Under the pieces are notes generated by a model that searched no databases, was not told the origin of the DNA, and saw only the letters and a program-made list of their open reading frames with translations. From positions 1-43,129 of the forward strand of contig JAOZVK010000002.1 in assembly GCA_029938185.1 (NCBI GenBank): a DNA stretch of 43,129 nucleotides, written 5' to 3'. This DNA comes from Bacteroidales bacterium (GTDB lineage Bacteria; Bacteroidota; Bacteroidia; Bacteroidales; JAOZVK01). Positions within the stretch are counted from its first letter, which is position 1. The number at the start of each line of letters is the position of its first letter. Shown piece after piece: positions 40,378-43,129 of this stretch. Both the position numbers and the translations under genes were made by a program.

Positions 40378-41770
40378 ATGGCAAAAAACAAGGAACAAAA
40401 AGAAAAATATATAGAACGACAGATAGAATTGGATACAGAAACAAAAGAATATGTTTTTCAAATGAAAAAAAAATGTCTATGGTGTTGGTTGTTGCTATTA
40501 TTACTTTTATTACCATTACTATGGATAAGGATTGGTGATACAATAAGTTATAAAATCAAAAGCTCATGTCCGATTGAATATATTACTGACAAAACTATAC
40601 ATATTACATACATAGACGCTGATAATAAGGCTGTTGATAAAATAAAAAATATTGATACTAACAAAAAAGTTACATTTAATATTAAAGGTCGCCGAATATA
40701 TATGAGCATCTTTTTGGTATTGACAAAGCAGCTAATAATATAGTTTCAGCAAAAGTAAATTCAGCTTTAAGTTTGCTTCACGAACATAATGCACAGCTTA
40801 AAGATGTAAGAAACAGAGAAACAATAATAAAACTACCGCAAGAAGATACTCTGACAATAAATGTAATAAGTGAAATGAATAGAAATTATAAAATCAAAGA
40901 TACTAAAGTAACTCTAACATATTACCTAAAAGAAAAAATATATAAATTTGAACAACTAACCGATACTTTTGGTAATTGCAGTTTTATTATTCCTTCTTGT
41001 ACAGAATTTGTTGAATTATATGGCGAAAAACGCTCATATTTACCTGACTCACTTTTAAAAACAGAATATCAAATTGTGAAAAATGATATTCAAAAACGAA
41101 CTTTAATTTTAAAACCCAAAATTTATGATTTAGATATTGTTATGTGTATTGATGCAACAGGAAGTATGGGGCACTTATTGAGGAAATTAAAATAAGTGCT
41201 GTAAATATTCATACAGATATTGAAACTGCAATGAATAGGCATGATAAATACAAAGACTCAATACGAATTAAAAATATAGCATTTCAAGATTTCAACTTTA
41301 GTGGAAACCCAAATGCGATTATTGAAACTAAATTTTTTAATCTACCTAGTGAAATTAGTCAGTATAACACAATTGTAAGTACATTTGAAGCTGATGGAGG
41401 TGTTGCAATTAATTTAGATGTATTATCGCTTGCTTTCCTTTCTGATTGGAAAATAAACGAAAAAAATGACAGACAAATCATTTTACTTTTTGCAGACACA
41501 GATGACAGTGAGTCTAAATTAGAAGATGAAAATTGTATTGTTTACAATCCAAACATACCTAAAAATTATTATGAATTTGCTGATATGTGGAAAAGTATTA
41601 ATAAAAATGCAACACTAGTTCTCCTAATTGCAAGACAAAAAGGTAGCACCCCACTTTGGGACAAAATTGAACAAGAATGGGACAATGTTATACTAATTTA
41701 TACTGGAACGAGTGGTTTTTCACCTGCCGATTATCAGAGAGCATTAGATGAAATAGCAAAAGCAATATAA
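40378..41770 (+). pseudogene. Membrane partner family member with a C-terminal vWA domain, broken by two frameshifts (or two sequencing errors)
   Basis: Three consecutive ORFs (40378-40743, 40773-41195, 41231-41770) sit in frames 1, 0 and 2. Reading through restores homology to the 30384 protein (IKGRRIY / EHLFGIDKAANNIVSAKVNS versus IKGRRLYEIIFGLNKITSYEVTANANS). It also restores a continuous vWA domain (DLDIVMCIDATGSMG / ALIEEIKISAVNIHTDIETAMNRH...RQIILLFADTD). The shifts map to atatatat (40696-40703) and gggg (41168-41171). Confidence 0.7.
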
Positions 41771-41908
41771 AAAAAATTGAATATTTTTAATGGCACTTTA
41801 TGCAAAAATATGTAACATTATGTACTTTTAGATAGTTTTTCAATACATATAAAAAATAATTTCTGTTTCTTTTACAAAAAAACAAGTAAAGCATCTCAAA
41901 AAAATACA

Positions 41909-42190
41909 ATGAAAAACAAAATAATACTATCATTATTCATTCTAATTACTAAGCTATCCATTGCTCAAACCGATAAACTTGTAACAGATATTCAATCTCC
42001 TATTTTTGGGGATATGAGTAAAAGTAGTTGTTATTCAGATAATTGCACAAATGCATATGGAAAATATAAATTTAGTAACGGAGCTATTTATCAAGGAAAT
42101 TTTAAGAATAATTTAGCACACAGACAAGGAAAATATACCTTGAATGATGGATATTCGTATGATGGTCATATAGCAAACAACAAACACTAA
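41909..42190 (+). CDS. Short secreted MORN-repeat protein, apparently truncated
   Basis: Signal peptide MKNKIILSLFILITKLSIAQ. MORN-like repeats follow: YGKYKFSNGAIYQGNFKNNLAHRQGKYTLNDGYSYDGHIANNKH. The ORF ends in mid-repeat 13 nt before an R1 copy. Confidence 0.5.
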   Translation: MKNKIILSLFILITKLSIAQTDKLVTDIQSPIFGDMSKSSCYSDNCTNAYGKYKFSNGAIYQGNFKNNLAHRQGKYTLNDGYSYDGHIANNKH

Positions 42191-42202
42191 TGGCTTTTGG
42201 AA

Positions 42203-42304
42203 GTACTGTTACAAAAGTTTTTCGACATTTACTTATTCATGATTTCCTGATTAAATTGTTTTTGTCCTAATGCGTAAGTAACTATAAATAGGTCGAAGAC
42301 CTTA
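42203..42304 (+). repeat. R1 intergenic repeat element, full copy
   Basis: gtactgttacaaaagtttttcgacatttacttattc...aatgcgtaagtaactataaataggtcgaagacctta. Confidence 0.85.
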
Positions 42305-42315
42305 ATACTTATGTT

Positions 42316-42834
42316 ATGACATTAATGGATTACTATTTTACTCAAAAAGTAAATAAAACTGAATTATTTAATGCGATTGCTGAATTACTCCAATTAGATA
42401 ATTCACAAATTATGTGTACAGATACTGGAATCCAAACAGAAAATACAAAAGCTGTTGCTATGTATAGTGAATTTGGTAATGGTGATTACAAAGCAACTGT
42501 AGAAATAAATTCATATGAAACTATTTACGACCAAACTCAGTTTTACGAATTAGACTTTGGAATTAAACTTGCCAAAAAAATTAAAGCAGATTTATATGCT
42601 TCTGCACCAGATTCCAGTCCTTATGATTTAATAAAAATTACACCAAACGGAAGTGTATACAATTGTATTGATGATTTTTATAAAGACGAAGAAATTACTA
42701 AAATCGTAAATTTAGGAAAATTCTCTGATGAAGGAATAATAAAATTAAAAAAAGAATATACAAAAGCTGCTATAAAAGAGCACAAAGAATATAATAATAG
42801 AGACAAGGACTATTTTTATAAGCAGATTGTTTAA
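42316..42834 (+). CDS. Hypothetical cytoplasmic protein (172 aa), no recognisable motif
   Basis: Clean ORF with no signal peptide and no overlapping longer ORF, starting 12 nt after an R1 copy. Confidence 0.5.
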   Translation: MTLMDYYFTQKVNKTELFNAIAELLQLDNSQIMCTDTGIQTENTKAVAMYSEFGNGDYKATVEINSYETIYDQTQFYELDFGIKLAKKIKADLYASAPDSSPYDLIKITPNGSVYNCIDDFYKDEEITKIVNLGKFSDEGIIKLKKEYTKAAIKEHKEYNNRDKDYFYKQIV

Positions 42835-42911
42835 TTCTACTTTACGAAGTTTAAACGTTTGATAATAAAGATATTAAATATTTAGTTTTTAAATTTTTTA
42901 TGTATACTGAG

Positions 42912-43038
42912 CAAACTTAAACCAAAATTATAAATTTTAAGTTTGAGCGAAGTTAAAACCTTAATACATTAATAAACAACTGCTTCGACTCCGCTCAGCC
43001 TACGAAATAGAACATGGAGATTGAGCGAAGTCGAAATC
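42912..43038. repeat. Cluster of short inverted and direct repeats downstream of the last gene
   Basis: Hairpin caaacttaaa (42912-42921) / tttaagtttg (42935-42944). Direct repeat ttgagcgaagttaaaacc (42943-42960) / ttgagcgaagtcgaaatc (43021-43038). Inverted partner ttcgactccgctca (42984-42997). Confidence 0.45.
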
Positions 43039-43129
43039 GGTGCTAAAAAAAACGAATAATTTGCAGACCCGGCTTAAACTCAGAACTCACAAAAACAGTT
43101 TTCTTTTTCCAAAACAATCGCAAGTTAAA

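Noticed and set aside
18615-41770. Classical polymorphic-toxin / immunity array, T6SS or T9SS cargo, or prophage
   Set aside because: I saw no Rhs/YD, PAAR or VgrG markers, no T9SS C-terminal domain, and no nuclease or deaminase toxin domains. There is no alternation of small immunity genes, and there are no phage structural, integrase or transposase genes. The shared domain is N-terminal and predicted cytoplasmic, which does not fit secreted-toxin logic.
421-42304. CRISPR array interpretation of the recurring ~100-bp element
   Set aside because: Copies are kilobases apart, occur in both orientations, are separated by genes and are much longer than CRISPR repeats. No cas genes are present.
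1-43129. rRNA, tRNA or other canonical RNA genes
   Set aside because: No cloverleaf-compatible GC-rich segments and no rRNA-like conserved blocks were noticed in any intergenic region. This was not verified with tRNAscan or Infernal, which I cannot run here.

Overview
This is a very AT-rich window (by eye about 70% A+T). It looks Bacteroidota-like: starts lack Shine-Dalgarno boxes, SPI/SPII signal peptides are common, and TAnnTTTG-type boxes occur. All ~32 credible genes are on the + strand, and the minus-strand ORFs in the track look like shadow frames.

The window is dominated by a ~40 kb accessory super-locus (1548-41770). I read it as a membrane-integrated, eukaryote-like ubiquitin-type conjugation system:
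- E1 (1548).
- Ubl ending ..IIAG plus a YLVV tail (2783).
- UBC-type E2 with HPN motif and Cys (3375).
- Two JAB/JAMM peptidases (5041, 24945).
- A vWA / RING-H2 / polytopic-TM / FHA-like protein as candidate E3 (7739).
- A tandem di-Ubl fused to a C-terminal domain (25811).

Embedded in it are a SrfB-like actin/HSP70-fold ATPase (11382), a tentatively GrpE-like coiled-coil protein (14665) and a SrfC-like P-loop NTPase (15715).

Downstream lie seven paralogs that share a ~150-aa N-terminal module (FAEP..W.T / QWG motifs). Each is fused to a different output: subtilisin S8, papain-like C1 peptidase, transglutaminase-like Cys peptidase, or beta-sandwich repeats. Four paralogous single-pass membrane partners with a conserved IKIKK-CxxC-polyLeu N-terminus accompany them.

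Other observations:
- A ~100-bp intergenic repeat family with 8 copies, one of which supplies the Ubl stop codon.
- A ~685-bp perfect-identity tract between two paralogs.
- A twice-frameshifted vWA gene.
- A recurrent alternating acidic/hydrophobic peptide motif in five proteins.

No rRNA, tRNA, CRISPR array, transposase or integrase was seen. All functional calls are motif-level readings by eye; no database search was run.
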